Notes: a model not told the origin generated them from the letters alone. DNA of 64,000 bases from an uncultured Erysipelotrichaceae bacterium (GCA_902779035.1 CACZAH010000004.1:12452-76451); one strand, 5' to 3'; counted from the stretch's first letter, positions 19,205 through 30,248 are shown. A program made the numbers and translations.

Positions 19205-21329
19205 AAATAAATTGAATAAAAGCAAATATAAAGTAAAGAAGAAACAAGCTAGAAAAAAGAGTAAGAAACTTAATAAAATTGTAGATAGAAGAAAGGATAA
19301 TATTGGCATAATAATTAAAAGAAGATATAAAATTATAATTGTATTAATATCTATATTAATGTTAGGTTTAATTGCAAAACTTGTATACATGCAAGTTATA
19401 AAGTATGATGATTATAAAGTAGAATTAAAGAGGCTTACTAAAAGAATAGTAGATGGTCCTAGTACTCCTAGGGGTAGAATATATGATAGAAATGGTAAAA
19501 TACTTGTTGATAATGAAGCGGTTAAGACTATATCATATAGGAAGCAGAGTATGGTTACATCTAAAGAAGAGATTGCTCTTGCTTATAAACTAGGTAATTA
19601 TATTGATGTAGATTATACTAAGTTAACTGATGATGCACTTAGAACTTTCTGGGTAAAAACTAATTTAAAGAAGGCTAGAGCGAAAATAAAGAATAGTGAA
19701 TGGCAGAAAGTTAAAGAGCGTAAAATGACTAGTGATGAGATATATGCACTAGAAAAAAAGAGAGTAACTGATGCAGAAATAGAAGCACTAACTGATGATG
19801 ATAGAGAGGCTGCATATATTTACTTTTTGATGAACAAAGGTTATTCTTATGCAGAGAAAACTATTAAGAATGATGGAGTCACTGACGAGGAGTTTGCGCG
19901 TGTTGCGGATGCACTTCCTGAACTTCCTGGAATTGATACTAAACTTGATTGGCAAAGAAGTTATCCTTATGGTGATACTTTAAAAGCAATCATGGGTAAG
20001 GTGTCTACTAGTGAAAATGGTATTCCATCAGAACTTAAAAAAGATTATTTAGCTAAAGGTTATGCACTTACTGATAGAGTGGGTACTAGTTATTTAGAGT
20101 ATCAATATGAAGATTACTTAAAGGGCAAGAAGTCAACATATGAAATTATGAATGATGGTACTTATAAAGAGATAAAAAAAGGTACTCGTGGTAATGATTT
20201 GGTATTATCTATTGATATTGATTTGCAAATACAGATAGAGTCTATTATTACAGAAGAGTTACTTGCTGCAAAAACTGAACCTAATACCGAATATTTTTCT
20301 AAAACATTTGTAATTATAACTGATCCAAATACAGGTGAGATACTAGCTATGGCTGGTAAGAGAGTTGTAAATAATGAAGATGGTAGTTTAGGGGTTGTTG
20401 ATTATGCTCCAGGAATTATTACATCATCAGTAACTCCAGGCTCAGTAGTTAAAGGTGCATCACATATTGTAGGTTATAATACTGGCGCACTTAAAATTGG
20501 AGAAGTTCGTAATGATGAATGTATTAAGATTGCAGCAACTCCACTTAAGTGTTCATTCCATACTTATGGAATGATTGATGATATTCAAGCATTAAAGTAC
20601 TCATCTAATACATATCAATTCCAAACAGCTATTAAAGTAGGAAAGGGTACTTATATTTATGATGGGCCACTTAAAATAGATACAACTGCATTTGATACTT
20701 ATAGAAATACATTTAAAGAGTTTGGATTAGGTACTAAAACTGGAATAGACTTACCTAATGAAGCATTAGGATATAAAGGAGAAAATACTTTGTCAGGATA
20801 TTTATTAGATTTCTCTATTGGTCAGTATGATACTTATACACCAATTGAGTTATCACAATATATATCTACAATTGCGATGAATGGTAAAAGAATTAGACCT
20901 CATCTACTTAAGGAGGTATATGATGGTACTACTAATGATGCATTATCAAAAAAGATTTATACATTTGAAACTGATGTATTAAATATAGTAGATACTAAAC
21001 AGGAATACTTAGATAGGGTACATGAGGGATTTAAACAAGTAGTAGATGCTGGTGGTACCGGTAGTGGATATGTAGAATACTTTAGAAATGCTGCTGGTAA
21101 GACTGGTACTGCTGAAAGTTTTATTGATTCTGATTTGGATGGTAAGATAGATACTGAAACTATTTCTGCGTCGTTTGCGGGTTATGCACCAAGTGATGCG
21201 CCTCGTGTAACATTTACCGTAATATCTCCAGATGTAGCTGGACCAAATACTGATTATAATGGAATGTCTAAGGTAAATATGCGAATAACTAAAAAAATTA
21301 CCGAAAAATACTTTGAATTTTATCAATAA
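19188..21329 (+). CDS. Class B penicillin-binding protein (PBP2/transpeptidase)
   Basis: Basic N-terminus plus a TM segment, then [10 protein letters not shown], the SxxK-context SVVKGA, the SSN-type YSSNTY and the KTGT box GKTGTAE. The start is ambiguous (19167, 19173 or 19188) and overlaps the sodA 3' end. Confidence 0.85.
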   Translation: MKKLSKNKLNKSKYKVKKKQARKKSKKLNKIVDRRKDNIGIIIKRRYKIIIVLISILMLGLIAKLVYMQVIKYDDYKVELKRLTKRIVDGPSTPRGRIYDRNGKILVDNEAVKTISYRKQSMVTSKEEIALAYKLGNYIDVDYTKLTDDALRTFWVKTNLKKARAKIKNSEWQKVKERKMTSDEIYALEKKRVTDAEIEALTDDDREAAYIYFLMNKGYSYAEKTIKNDGVTDEEFARVADALPELPGIDTKLDWQRSYPYGDTLKAIMGKVSTSENGIPSELKKDYLAKGYALTDRVGTSYLEYQYEDYLKGKKSTYEIMNDGTYKEIKKGTRGNDLVLSIDIDLQIQIESIITEELLAAKTEPNTEYFSKTFVIITDPNTGEILAMAGKRVVNNEDGSLGVVDYAPGIITSSVTPGSVVKGASHIVGYNTGALKIGEVRNDECIKIAATPLKCSFHTYGMIDDIQALKYSSNTYQFQTAIKVGKGTYIYDGPLKIDTTAFDTYRNTFKEFGLGTKTGIDLPNEALGYKGENTLSGYLLDFSIGQYDTYTPIELSQYISTIAMNGKRIRPHLLKEVYDGTTNDALSKKIYTFETDVLNIVDTKQEYLDRVHEGFKQVVDAGGTGSGYVEYFRNAAGKTGTAESFIDSDLDGKIDTETISASFAGYAPSDAPRVTFTVISPDVAGPNTDYNGMSKVNMRITKKITEKYFEFYQ

Positions 21330-21373
21330 TCTGTTATAATATAGTAGCGTTTTTTAAGAAGGAGGCAATTTAT

Positions 21374-21541
21374 ATGGCAAAAAAGGGAGAAGCAAGACAA
21401 AGAATAACTTTAAAATGTACTGAATGTAAAGAACAAAACTATCGTACAGAAAAGAACAAAAGAAATACTACTGATAAGTTAGAATTAAATAAATTCTGTC
21501 CAAGATGTAGAAAAACTACTCTTCATAAAGAAGAAAAATAA
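21374..21541 (+). CDS. rpmG: 50S ribosomal protein L33 (not in the ORF track; 55 aa)
   Basis: ggagg RBS 8 nt upstream. Translation: [55 protein letters not shown], with the CxxC...CxxC zinc ribbon of L33. Confidence 0.92.
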   Translation: MAKKGEARQRITLKCTECKEQNYRTEKNKRNTTDKLELNKFCPRCRKTTLHKEEK

Positions 21542-21564
21542 GATAGGTAAATAAAGGAGTTACT

Positions 21565-22122
21565 ATGATAAATGTAAACGATATTAAAAATGGGATGACT
21601 ATTTTGTTTGAAGGTAATATCTATACAGTATTAGAATTTTCTCATGTTAAACCTGGTAAAGGTGCAGCATTTGTTCAAGCAAAGTTAAAAAACTTAAGAA
21701 CTGGTTCTATTATAGAGAAAAGATTTAATTCAGGTGTTAAGTTAGAAAAAGCTATGATTGAAAAAGTTGGGATGCAATATTTATATGCAAGTGGTGATAA
21801 TTATAACTTCATGAATATGGAAACATATGAACAAATAGATTTAACTAAAGAACAATTAGGTGATAATGTATCATATTTAAAAGAAGGATTAGATGTATTG
21901 CTTTCATTTTATGAAGGAGAATTACTTGGTATTATTATGCCTGAAAAAGTAGAACTTGAAGTTATTGAAACAGAACCTGCGGTAAAAGGCAATACTGCAA
22001 CTAATGCAACTAAAGATGCAAAATTAGAAACAGGTCTTGTTGTTAGAGTTCCATTATTTATTGAACAAGGTGAAAAAATAGTAGTATATACTGCAGATGG
22101 AAAGTACGCATCTCGTGCATAA
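21565..22122 (+). CDS. efp: Elongation factor P
   Basis: FSHVKPGKGAAFVQAKLKNLRTG is the canonical EF-P loop. Confidence 0.95.
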   Translation: MINVNDIKNGMTILFEGNIYTVLEFSHVKPGKGAAFVQAKLKNLRTGSIIEKRFNSGVKLEKAMIEKVGMQYLYASGDNYNFMNMETYEQIDLTKEQLGDNVSYLKEGLDVLLSFYEGELLGIIMPEKVELEVIETEPAVKGNTATNATKDAKLETGLVVRVPLFIEQGEKIVVYTADGKYASRA

Positions 22123-22146
22123 ATCAAGATTTTCTTGATTTTTTTA
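22122..22146 (+). terminator. Rho-independent terminator after efp
   Basis: aatcaaga-ttt-tcttgatt followed by ttttt. Confidence 0.75.
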
Positions 22147-22198
22147 TATTGCAAATAATTTAAATATTATGTATAATTTAAATTGTAGGAGGATGTAT

Positions 22199-22633
22199 AT
22201 GAAGTATTGTTCAAATTGTGGAGCAGAGGTTAATGAAAATGCAGCTGTGTGTGTAAAATGTGGATTTGCTTTAAAATCAAATGAAGTTTCATCCACAGGT
22301 AATGTGCAACAACAAAGTTCAAATGCTAGCATGATATTAGGTATTCTTGCAGTAGTATTTGGTGCGATTGCATTTTTACTAGTAATTGCTGTTCAAAGTT
22401 ATTTAACTACTACTTATGATGGAAGAATCCAGAGATTAGCTACTAATTTTGAAAGTACAAGACTTGGACTTATGATTTTATTTGTAACTGTTCCAGGAAT
22501 TTTAGCTGTTATTGGTTTTATTCTAGGATTAACTAATAAGGTAAAAGGTGGTGCTAAAACAGCTGGCATTGTTTTAAATGCAATAGCTTTAGTTCTATGT
22601 ATAATAATGATATTAATCATTCAAGGACTATAA
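22199..22633 (+). CDS. Zinc-ribbon domain membrane protein
   Basis: aggagg lies 6 nt before ATG 22199. CSNCG...CVKCG zinc ribbon followed by several TM segments. Confidence 0.6.
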   Translation: MKYCSNCGAEVNENAAVCVKCGFALKSNEVSSTGNVQQQSSNASMILGILAVVFGAIAFLLVIAVQSYLTTTYDGRIQRLATNFESTRLGLMILFVTVPGILAVIGFILGLTNKVKGGAKTAGIVLNAIALVLCIIMILIIQGL

Positions 22634-22700
22634 TTTAATTATAGTTTTTGTTTGCCTTTTTATAATCTTTATTATATAATCTTATTAGATAGAGGTGCTT

Positions 22701-23042
22701 ATGAAAAAGAATAATAGTGGTTTTACATTAATTGAGATTACTGCTGTAGTATTAATACTTGGCGTAATATTTCTAATTTCATTTCCAACGTTAGAGAGAC
22801 TTATGAAAAAAAGTGAACAGGATAAAGATACGTATAATGAAGAAAATATTATTATGGCTGCTAAAACGTATTTAAATATGCATAGTAATGAGTATGAGTT
22901 TACTGATGGAACTGATATAGAGATAAATCTTACTAAACTAGTTGAAGATGATTTAATAGATGATAATGATTATGAAGAATCTGATAAAGTAGTATGTCAT
23001 ATTAATGGTAATGATAAAGAATGTAGTGTAGTTATAGAATAG
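22701..23042 (+). CDS. Type IV prepilin/pseudopilin-like protein (ComGC-like), orphan
   Basis: MKKNNSG|FTLIEITAVVLILGVIF is a prepilin-type N-terminal cleavage/methylation motif. RBS gaggtg lies before ATG 22701. Confidence 0.7.
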   Translation: MKKNNSGFTLIEITAVVLILGVIFLISFPTLERLMKKSEQDKDTYNEENIIMAAKTYLNMHSNEYEFTDGTDIEINLTKLVEDDLIDDNDYEESDKVVCHINGNDKECSVVIE

Positions 23043-23054
23043 AAGTGATTTATT

Positions 23055-23885
23055 ATGAGTAAAATTAGACCTTTTGTTAAGTGGGCTGGTGGAAAAAGAC
23101 AGATTATTGATAAATTAATTAAGTATGCTCCAAAGAAGTTTAATAAGTATTATGAGCCTTTTGTTGGGGGAGGGGCTTTTTTATTTGAGTTAGAACCTAA
23201 GTATGCAGTTATTAATGATTATAATATAGAACTTATTAATGTTTATAATTGTATTAAGGATAAGAATAAGTATAAAAAAGTACTAAAGATATTAGATGAT
23301 TATGAGATTAAGAATTCAAAAGAGTTTTATTATGAGATAAGAAATATGGATAGAGATAAAAGTTTATATAATAAGTTATCAGATATAGAAAAATGTGCGC
23401 GAACTATATATTTAAATAAAGCATGTTTTAATGGACTTTATAGAGTAAACAGTAAAAATGAGTTTAATGTACCTTTTAATCAAAAAGAAAAGGTAAATAC
23501 ATATGATAAAGATAATGTTGAATTAATAAGTTTATATTTACGAAATAACGATATAACTATACTAAATGGAGACTTTGAGGATGCAGTAAAGAGTGCGAAA
23601 GCAAATGATTTTATATACTTTGATCCTCCATATGATTCTGATACAGATACATTTACTAGTTATACCAATAATGGTTTTAATAGAGATGATCAAATTAGAT
23701 TAAGTGAAGTATTTAAAAAATTAGATAAAAAAGGATGCTATGTAATGTTATCTAATCATAATACAAAACTTATTAATGAACTGTATAGAGATTATAATAT
23801 ACATGTAATAATGGCAAAAAGAAATATTAATTCTAATGGTAAAGGTAGAGGAACAATAGAAGAAGTTATAATAACTAACTATTAA
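23055..23885 (+). CDS. dpnM: Dam-class N6-adenine DNA methyltransferase, DpnM-like (GATC)
   Basis: FVKWAGGKRQ, EPFVGGGA, FNGLYRVNSKNEFNVPF, the catalytic motif YFDPPY, and a C-terminus EEVIITNY, as in S. pneumoniae DpnM. Confidence 0.9.
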   Translation: MSKIRPFVKWAGGKRQIIDKLIKYAPKKFNKYYEPFVGGGAFLFELEPKYAVINDYNIELINVYNCIKDKNKYKKVLKILDDYEIKNSKEFYYEIRNMDRDKSLYNKLSDIEKCARTIYLNKACFNGLYRVNSKNEFNVPFNQKEKVNTYDKDNVELISLYLRNNDITILNGDFEDAVKSAKANDFIYFDPPYDSDTDTFTSYTNNGFNRDDQIRLSEVFKKLDKKGCYVMLSNHNTKLINELYRDYNIHVIMAKRNINSNGKGRGTIEEVIITNY

Positions 23886-23936
23886 AAAAGGAAATTAGTT
23901 AGTTTTGTTGTATAATAATTATAGGGGGAATTATAT

Positions 23937-24698
23937 ATGCATTATTATAATGATAGTGATTTTAAACTTATTTTAGGCGATTCATTTAAAGAATTAAAGA
24001 GTATTGATGAAAAAAGCATTGATATGGTATTTGCAGATCCACCTTATTTTTTATCAGGAGATGGAATCACTTGTAGTGGTGGCAAAATGGTCTGTGTAAA
24101 TAAAGGTGACTGGGATAAAAAAATATCTGTTAAGGAAAAGCACGAATTTAATAAGAAATGGATTAAAGAATGTAAAAGAATTCTTAAAGATAATGGAACT
24201 ATTTGGATTAGTGGAACATTACACAATATTTATTCTATTGGTGAGGCTTTAGAAGAAGAAGGGTTTAAAATTATAAATAATATTACTTGGAGAAAGCTTA
24301 ACCCACCACCTAATATTAGTTGTAGGGCATTCACACATTCAACCGAAACAATTATTTGGGCTAAAAAAGATATTAAAAACAATAAGCACAAGTTTAACTA
24401 TAATGATATGAAGGAATTAAATGGCGGTAAACAGATGAAGGATGTTTGGGAAATGTCTCTTACTAAACCAAGTGAAAAAAAACATGGCAAACATCCAACG
24501 CAGAAACCCATTGCTTTACTTGAAAGAATAATTTTAGCATCAACTAATGAAGGAGATTTAATACTTGATCCTTTTAACGGAAGTGGTACTACTGGGATTG
24601 TTGCCCACATGTTAAATAGAAGATATATAGGTATAGATAATGTGCAAGAATATTTAGATTTAACAATTAGGAGGTACGAAAGTGAAAAAGAGTTTTAA
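23937..24698 (+). CDS. dpnA: Second DNA methyltransferase of a DpnII-type system, DpnA-like
   Basis: FADPPYFLS, KGDWDK...EKHEFNKKW, NNITWRK.NPPPN, FTHSTETIIWA, GKQMKDVW and HPTQKP...LERIILAST..GD.ILDPF.GSGTTG match my recollection of DpnA closely. Confidence 0.9.
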   Translation: MHYYNDSDFKLILGDSFKELKSIDEKSIDMVFADPPYFLSGDGITCSGGKMVCVNKGDWDKKISVKEKHEFNKKWIKECKRILKDNGTIWISGTLHNIYSIGEALEEEGFKIINNITWRKLNPPPNISCRAFTHSTETIIWAKKDIKNNKHKFNYNDMKELNGGKQMKDVWEMSLTKPSEKKHGKHPTQKPIALLERIILASTNEGDLILDPFNGSGTTGIVAHMLNRRYIGIDNVQEYLDLTIRRYESEKEF

Positions 24699-25536
24699 AA
24701 ATTTTATGGATAGCATGATTAATGATATTGCAGACTATAAATATTATGTTAATTTTGAAAAGGTATATAGTAATGTTGATAAGATTAAAGTTGAGTTAAA
24801 TATTTTGAATTCATTAATTGGAAGCCAAAATATAGAAGAGAAATTTAAAAACTTGGTTTTAAAATATCCGGATACATTAGAATGTATACCTATTTTGCTT
24901 GCAGTTAGATCTACTGAAGTATATGTGAAAACAGAAATTAAGGAATACTTATATAATTTTAGAACTATTATTTATTCTATGGATGATTATATTAAATTTA
25001 TGCGAGAGACTGGACTATTTGATTTATTACGAAACCATATAATTAACAATTTATATGATTATGTATTGGGTGTTGAAGTTGGACTTGATACTAATGCTCG
25101 TAAAAACAGAACTGGAGACACAATGGAAGATTTAGTAGAATCATATATTATAAATGCTGGATATAAATATAATGTTGATTACTTTAAGGAGATGTATCTT
25201 AATGAAATAGAGGATAAATGGCATATTGATTTAAGCAGTATATCTGCAAATAATGTATCTACCAAAAGATTTGATTTTGTTATAAAAACTGATAAGTGTA
25301 TTTATATAATAGAGTCAAATTTTTATTCAACATCTGGCTCTAAATTAAATGAAACTGCGAGAAGTTATAAAATGATAGCGTTAGAATCTAAAGATATTGA
25401 AGGGGTTAAATTTATTTGGATAACGGATGGAAAAGGATGGAGAAATGCTACACATAATTTAGAGGAAACTTATAATGTAATGGATACTTTATATAATATA
25501 AATGATTTAGATAACGGAGTATTGGAAAGATTGTAA
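24682..25536 (+). CDS. dpnB: DpnII/MboI-family type II restriction endonuclease
   Basis: GTG start after aggagg, overlapping the methylase gene by 17 nt. The N-terminus ...DIADYKYYVNFEKVYSNVDKIKVELNILNSLIGSQNIEEKF resembles DpnII R. It is third in the conserved dpnM-dpnA-dpnB order. Confidence 0.85.
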   Translation: MKKSFKNFMDSMINDIADYKYYVNFEKVYSNVDKIKVELNILNSLIGSQNIEEKFKNLVLKYPDTLECIPILLAVRSTEVYVKTEIKEYLYNFRTIIYSMDDYIKFMRETGLFDLLRNHIINNLYDYVLGVEVGLDTNARKNRTGDTMEDLVESYIINAGYKYNVDYFKEMYLNEIEDKWHIDLSSISANNVSTKRFDFVIKTDKCIYIIESNFYSTSGSKLNETARSYKMIALESKDIEGVKFIWITDGKGWRNATHNLEETYNVMDTLYNINDLDNGVLERL

Positions 25537-25554
25537 AAACAATTATAAAATGTA

Positions 25555-25582
25555 GAAAAAAGTAATCATATTACTTTTTTTC
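25555..25582 (+). terminator. Rho-independent terminator after the R-M cassette
   Basis: aaaaaagtaat-cat-attactttttt. Confidence 0.75.
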
Positions 25583-25609
25583 ATGTTAAAATAAATATTG
25601 GTGATTTAA

Positions 25610-28600
25610 ATGGATTCTAAGCTTAGATTATTAATAGATAGTTTGAAATTAAATAATTATGACAGTTACTTTACAGATGGTAGACTAATATCTATTATAG
25701 GTAATAGTACTCATTCTAAATATATATTTAATATTGAACTTAAAAGTAATCTTCCTATTAATATTTATGATGAATTATATAGTAATTTAGTAAGTTACTA
25801 CAAAGACTTACATATTTCGCTTAATGTAAGTGTAAGTGATATAAATACTAAATATATAAATGAATATTTTGAATACTTTATTAATAGGTATAGTAAGAAG
25901 TGTCCAATGCTATCGATGTTTTTAGATGATAAATTAGATGTAAGTGTAAATTTAATTAAGATATTTGTGTCATCAAAAGCTGAATTAGATAAGTTTGAAA
26001 GTATTAAAGATAAATTAATTAGTAATTTTAAGAGTGCAGGATATGATATTAATATTAGTGCGGTTATAGATGAAGAATTAAGTAAAGAAATATCTCGTGA
26101 AATTACAAATAGTATAGAGGCAAATAGTTATGTATCTAAAGAGAGAATGGATAAAAAAGATGAGGTAATAGAAGAAGTTAATACTTATAAAAAGAAATAT
26201 ACACCAAAACCTATTGAAACAGTAGATGATGAAAGAGCTATTTTAGGTAGAATAATAGATACAACACCAGTTAGGTTAGATACATTAAACGGTGTACAGA
26301 ATAATGTAACAGTAGAAGCTAATATATTTGGAATTGATGTTAGAGAAACTAGAACTGATCTTAGAATAGTTACTTTAAAGATTACTGATTATACTGATAG
26401 TATGTATGCGAAAATTTTTATTCATGGTGAAGAAGAAACTAATCGAGTTACTAAATTACTTAAAACGGGAAAATTCTATAAATTTAGAGGAAACATCAAA
26501 GATGATAAATACTCAGGCGAAGATTCATTAGTTATTAATGATATTAATACAAGTGATAGAGTAATTGAAACAAGAATAGATGATGCACCTATAAAACGTG
26601 TAGAGTTACATGCTCATACTATGATGAGTCAAATGGATGGAGTAGTAGATGCGGTTAAGCTTTGTAAAACAGCACGTGCTTGGGGACATAAGGCAATTGC
26701 GATTACTGATCATAACGGAGTTCAAGCATATCCTGGTGTATACCATTATGTTTGTGATGTAAATAAGAACTTAAAAGAAGGTGAAGTTCCTTTTAAAGCC
26801 ATATATGGGACTGAGCTTACTATGATTGATGATAGTGTAAAAATTGTGCTTCGTCCTAATGATAGCAAACTACTTGACAATACTTATGTAATATTTGACT
26901 TGGAAACTACTGGTTTTAATGCTGGTGGAGCTGACTCTATTATAGAAATTGGTGCGGTTAAGTTATCTCACGGTAATATCATTGAAAAATATGATGAATT
27001 AATTAATCCAGGTAGAAGTTTACCAAACCGTATTACAGAACTTACAGGTATTACGGATAAAATGCTTGAGGGAAAATGTAATGAGGAAGAAGCTGTAAAA
27101 AAGTTTATGGAGTGGGTAGGAGACTATCCTATGGTTGCTCATAATGCTAAGTTTGATACTTCATTTATGGAAATGGCTTATAAGAAATATAATTTAGGTG
27201 TGTTTAGTAATACAGTAATTGATACATTGGAACTATCTCGTACAATGGATACTGGATATGCAAGGCATAGTTTATCAATGCTTGTTAAAAGATATAATGT
27301 GGAGTTTGATGAAGATTCTCATCACCGTGGAGACTATGATGCAGAGGCTACCGGTTTAGTATTTCATAAAATGTTGCAAAAACTAGATTCACTTAATTTT
27401 GAGAAAATTAGTGACTTAGATAGACTTGTTGAAAAAGATGAAATATATAAGTATGGCCGTGCGCATCATGTAAATATTCTAGTTAAAAATAAAGTAGGAT
27501 TAAAGAATTTATTTAGGATAGTGAGTCTTGCTAATACAACTTATTTACACAAAACACCTCGAATACTTCGTAGTAAACTAGATGAACTTAGAGAAGGTTT
27601 ACTTATTGGTAGTGGGTGTTATGAAGGAGAAGTGTTTGTTGAGGCACGTAGTAAGAGTGAAGAAGAAATTACTAATATAATTAATTTTTATGATTATATA
27701 GAGGTGCAACCACCCGAGGTGTATGATCACCTACTGCAAACGGGAGATTTCGACTCAAAGAGTGAACTATTAGAACATATTAGGAAAATAGTCAAATTAT
27801 CTGAAGCAGCAGGTAAAATAGTTGTAGCAACTGGGGATGTACATCAATTAAATAGAGAAGATAAAATATATCGTGAAGTAATTGTCAACCAAAAAGTACC
27901 TGGTGGAGGTAGACATCCACTTGCTAAAAGAGATATTAAAAGTATTCCTTCTCAGCACTTCCGTACAACACGTGAGATGCTAGAAAATTTTGAATTTTTA
28001 GGTGATGATAAGGCTTATGAATTGGTTGTAACTAATACTAATAAGATAGCTGATATGATTGATATAATTGAAGTAATTATTGAAACTGGAGGAGTACCTT
28101 TTTCGCCTAAGATTGATAAGTCAGTTGAAACTGTGACCACTTTAGTTTACACTAAAGCTAGTTCTTGGTATGGTGATCCACTTCCTATTAATATTGAAGA
28201 AAGAATAGCTAAAGAATTATATGGAGATGCTGTACTTAATAGTATTAAAGAAATATTAGATGAAGAAGGTAATTTATCTGGTGATGATTATGAAAAAGAA
28301 GCATTTAGAAGATTGCATGCAGTAATACTTGAAGGATTTGATAGTGTAAAGGCATTAGTTCGACAAAATGTAGAAAAACATAACCAACTTGAGGGTGATG
28401 AATTAGAAAAAAAAGTCAAAAAAACTTTAGGTGGTATTATCGGTGGTGGGTTTGATGTAATATATTTAATTGCCCAAAAACTTGTTAAACATTCTAATGA
28501 TGAAGGCTATTTAGTTGGTTCTCGTGGTTCGGTTGGGTCTAGTTTTGTTGCAACAATGATGGGTATAACTGAGGTAAATCCACTTCCTGCTCACTATAGA

Positions 28601-30217
28601 TGTTTAAAATGCAAGTATAGTATATTTACAGATGATTCTGGTGAGGCACTAGGTAAGGAATATTCAAGCGGTTTTGACTTACCAGATAAAGTATGTCCTA
28701 ATTGTAAAGAAGCGTTATATAAAGATGGACAAGACATGCCTTTTGCGACTTTCTTAGGATTTAATGCTGATAAGGTACCAGATATAGATCTTAACTTCTC
28801 TGATTTAAATCAAGCATCTGCGCACGAATATACTAAGGTATTGTTTGGTGTTGATAATGTTTATCGAGCAGGTACTATTGGTACGGTTGCTGAAAAGACG
28901 GCGTTTGGTTTTGTAAAAGGTTATTGTGAAGATAAAAATATTTTAATGAATACTGCTGAAGTTGAAAGAATAGCAGCAGGTTGTACGGGTGTTAAAAGAA
29001 CTACCGGACAACATCCAGGTGGTATAGTAGTTATTCCGGGATATATGGATGTATTTGATTTTACGCCTTTTCAGTATCCAGCTGACGATATAAACTCGGC
29101 ATGGCGAACAACACACTTTGATTACCATGCCATTGATCAAGATGTATTGAAACTAGATATTTTGGGTCACTCTGATCCAACACAATTACGTATGTTACAA
29201 GATTTATCGGGAATGGATGTTACAACTGTTCCTCTTGATGATAAAGAAACTATGGATATATTTTTGTCCCCTAAACCTTTAGGAGTAACAAAAGAACAGA
29301 TTATGAATGAGACTGGTACTCTAGGTATTCCAGAGTTTGGAACTCCATTTACGATAGGGATGCTTGTTGATACTAAACCAACTACATTCTCAGAACTTAT
29401 TAAAATATCAGGGTTATCACATGGAACTGATGTATGGCTTGGTAACGCACAAGAATTAATTAGAAATAAAGTTGTACCATTTAAGGAAGTAATAGGATGT
29501 CGTGATGATATAATGGTTTATCTTATGTATCATGGAGTAGAGCCTATTAAGGCATTTAAAATAATGGAATTTGTTCGTAAAGGGAGAGCATCAAAAGACC
29601 CTGAAACTTGGAAACAACACGTTGCACTTATGCAAAAAGCTGGAATTGATGCATGGTTTATTGATTCTTGTGGCAAGATTAAGTATATGTTTCCAAAAGC
29701 TCATGCTGCGGCATATGTAATTAGTGCATTTAGAATTGCCTGGTTTAAAGTGCATATGCCTGCTTTATACTATGCAACATATTTTTCTGCACGTATTACT
29801 GATTATGATATTGAAGTTATGATTAAGGGGTACAGTGTGATTAAAGCAAGAATGGAAGAGATTGTTAATAAAGGATACGAGGCAACTAATAAGGAGTCAT
29901 CTATTTTAGAAACATTAAAGCTTGCCTTAGAAGCAACTGCTCGTGGTATTAAATTTTTACCAATTGACTTAAATGAGAGTGAAGCAACTACATTTAGAGT
30001 AAAAAGTGATACTGAAATATATCCACCATTCTCATCAATTGATGGCTTAGGTGATACGGTTGCAAAAAATATAGTTGAAGAACGTAAGAAGAAAGATTAT
30101 TTAAGCATTGAAGAAGTACAGAAAAGAGCTAAAGTATCTGCAACTCTTATTGATAAAATGCGTTCAATGGGAATATTTGATGGTATGGAAGAATCCAATC
30201 AATTAAGCCTATTTTAA
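25610..30217 (+). CDS. polC: DNA polymerase III PolC-type alpha subunit
   Basis: 1535 aa with a PHP domain (VELHAHTMMS), an embedded DEDD exonuclease (YVIFDLETTG...AHNAKFDTSF), the zinc module CLKC...CPNC and a polymerase core. Confidence 0.97.
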   Translation: MDSKLRLLIDSLKLNNYDSYFTDGRLISIIGNSTHSKYIFNIELKSNLPINIYDELYSNLVSYYKDLHISLNVSVSDINTKYINEYFEYFINRYSKKCPMLSMFLDDKLDVSVNLIKIFVSSKAELDKFESIKDKLISNFKSAGYDINISAVIDEELSKEISREITNSIEANSYVSKERMDKKDEVIEEVNTYKKKYTPKPIETVDDERAILGRIIDTTPVRLDTLNGVQNNVTVEANIFGIDVRETRTDLRIVTLKITDYTDSMYAKIFIHGEEETNRVTKLLKTGKFYKFRGNIKDDKYSGEDSLVINDINTSDRVIETRIDDAPIKRVELHAHTMMSQMDGVVDAVKLCKTARAWGHKAIAITDHNGVQAYPGVYHYVCDVNKNLKEGEVPFKAIYGTELTMIDDSVKIVLRPNDSKLLDNTYVIFDLETTGFNAGGADSIIEIGAVKLSHGNIIEKYDELINPGRSLPNRITELTGITDKMLEGKCNEEEAVKKFMEWVGDYPMVAHNAKFDTSFMEMAYKKYNLGVFSNTVIDTLELSRTMDTGYARHSLSMLVKRYNVEFDEDSHHRGDYDAEATGLVFHKMLQKLDSLNFEKISDLDRLVEKDEIYKYGRAHHVNILVKNKVGLKNLFRIVSLANTTYLHKTPRILRSKLDELREGLLIGSGCYEGEVFVEARSKSEEEITNIINFYDYIEVQPPEVYDHLLQTGDFDSKSELLEHIRKIVKLSEAAGKIVVATGDVHQLNREDKIYREVIVNQKVPGGGRHPLAKRDIKSIPSQHFRTTREMLENFEFLGDDKAYELVVTNTNKIADMIDIIEVIIETGGVPFSPKIDKSVETVTTLVYTKASSWYGDPLPINIEERIAKELYGDAVLNSIKEILDEEGNLSGDDYEKEAFRRLHAVILEGFDSVKALVRQNVEKHNQLEGDELEKKVKKTLGGIIGGGFDVIYLIAQKLVKHSNDEGYLVGSRGSVGSSFVATMMGITEVNPLPAHYRCLKCKYSIFTDDSGEALGKEYSSGFDLPDKVCPNCKEALYKDGQDMPFATFLGFNADKVPDIDLNFSDLNQASAHEYTKVLFGVDNVYRAGTIGTVAEKTAFGFVKGYCEDKNILMNTAEVERIAAGCTGVKRTTGQHPGGIVVIPGYMDVFDFTPFQYPADDINSAWRTTHFDYHAIDQDVLKLDILGHSDPTQLRMLQDLSGMDVTTVPLDDKETMDIFLSPKPLGVTKEQIMNETGTLGIPEFGTPFTIGMLVDTKPTTFSELIKISGLSHGTDVWLGNAQELIRNKVVPFKEVIGCRDDIMVYLMYHGVEPIKAFKIMEFVRKGRASKDPETWKQHVALMQKAGIDAWFIDSCGKIKYMFPKAHAAAYVISAFRIAWFKVHMPALYYATYFSARITDYDIEVMIKGYSVIKARMEEIVNKGYEATNKESSILETLKLALEATARGIKFLPIDLNESEATTFRVKSDTEIYPPFSSIDGLGDTVAKNIVEERKKKDYLSIEEVQKRAKVSATLIDKMRSMGIFDGMEESNQLSLF

Positions 30218-30218
30218 T

Positions 30219-30248
30219 CAAGAAATTATAAGTTTTCTTGTTTTTTTT
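30219..30248 (+). terminator. Rho-independent terminator after polC
   Basis: caagaaa-ttataagt-tttcttg followed by T8. Confidence 0.8.
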
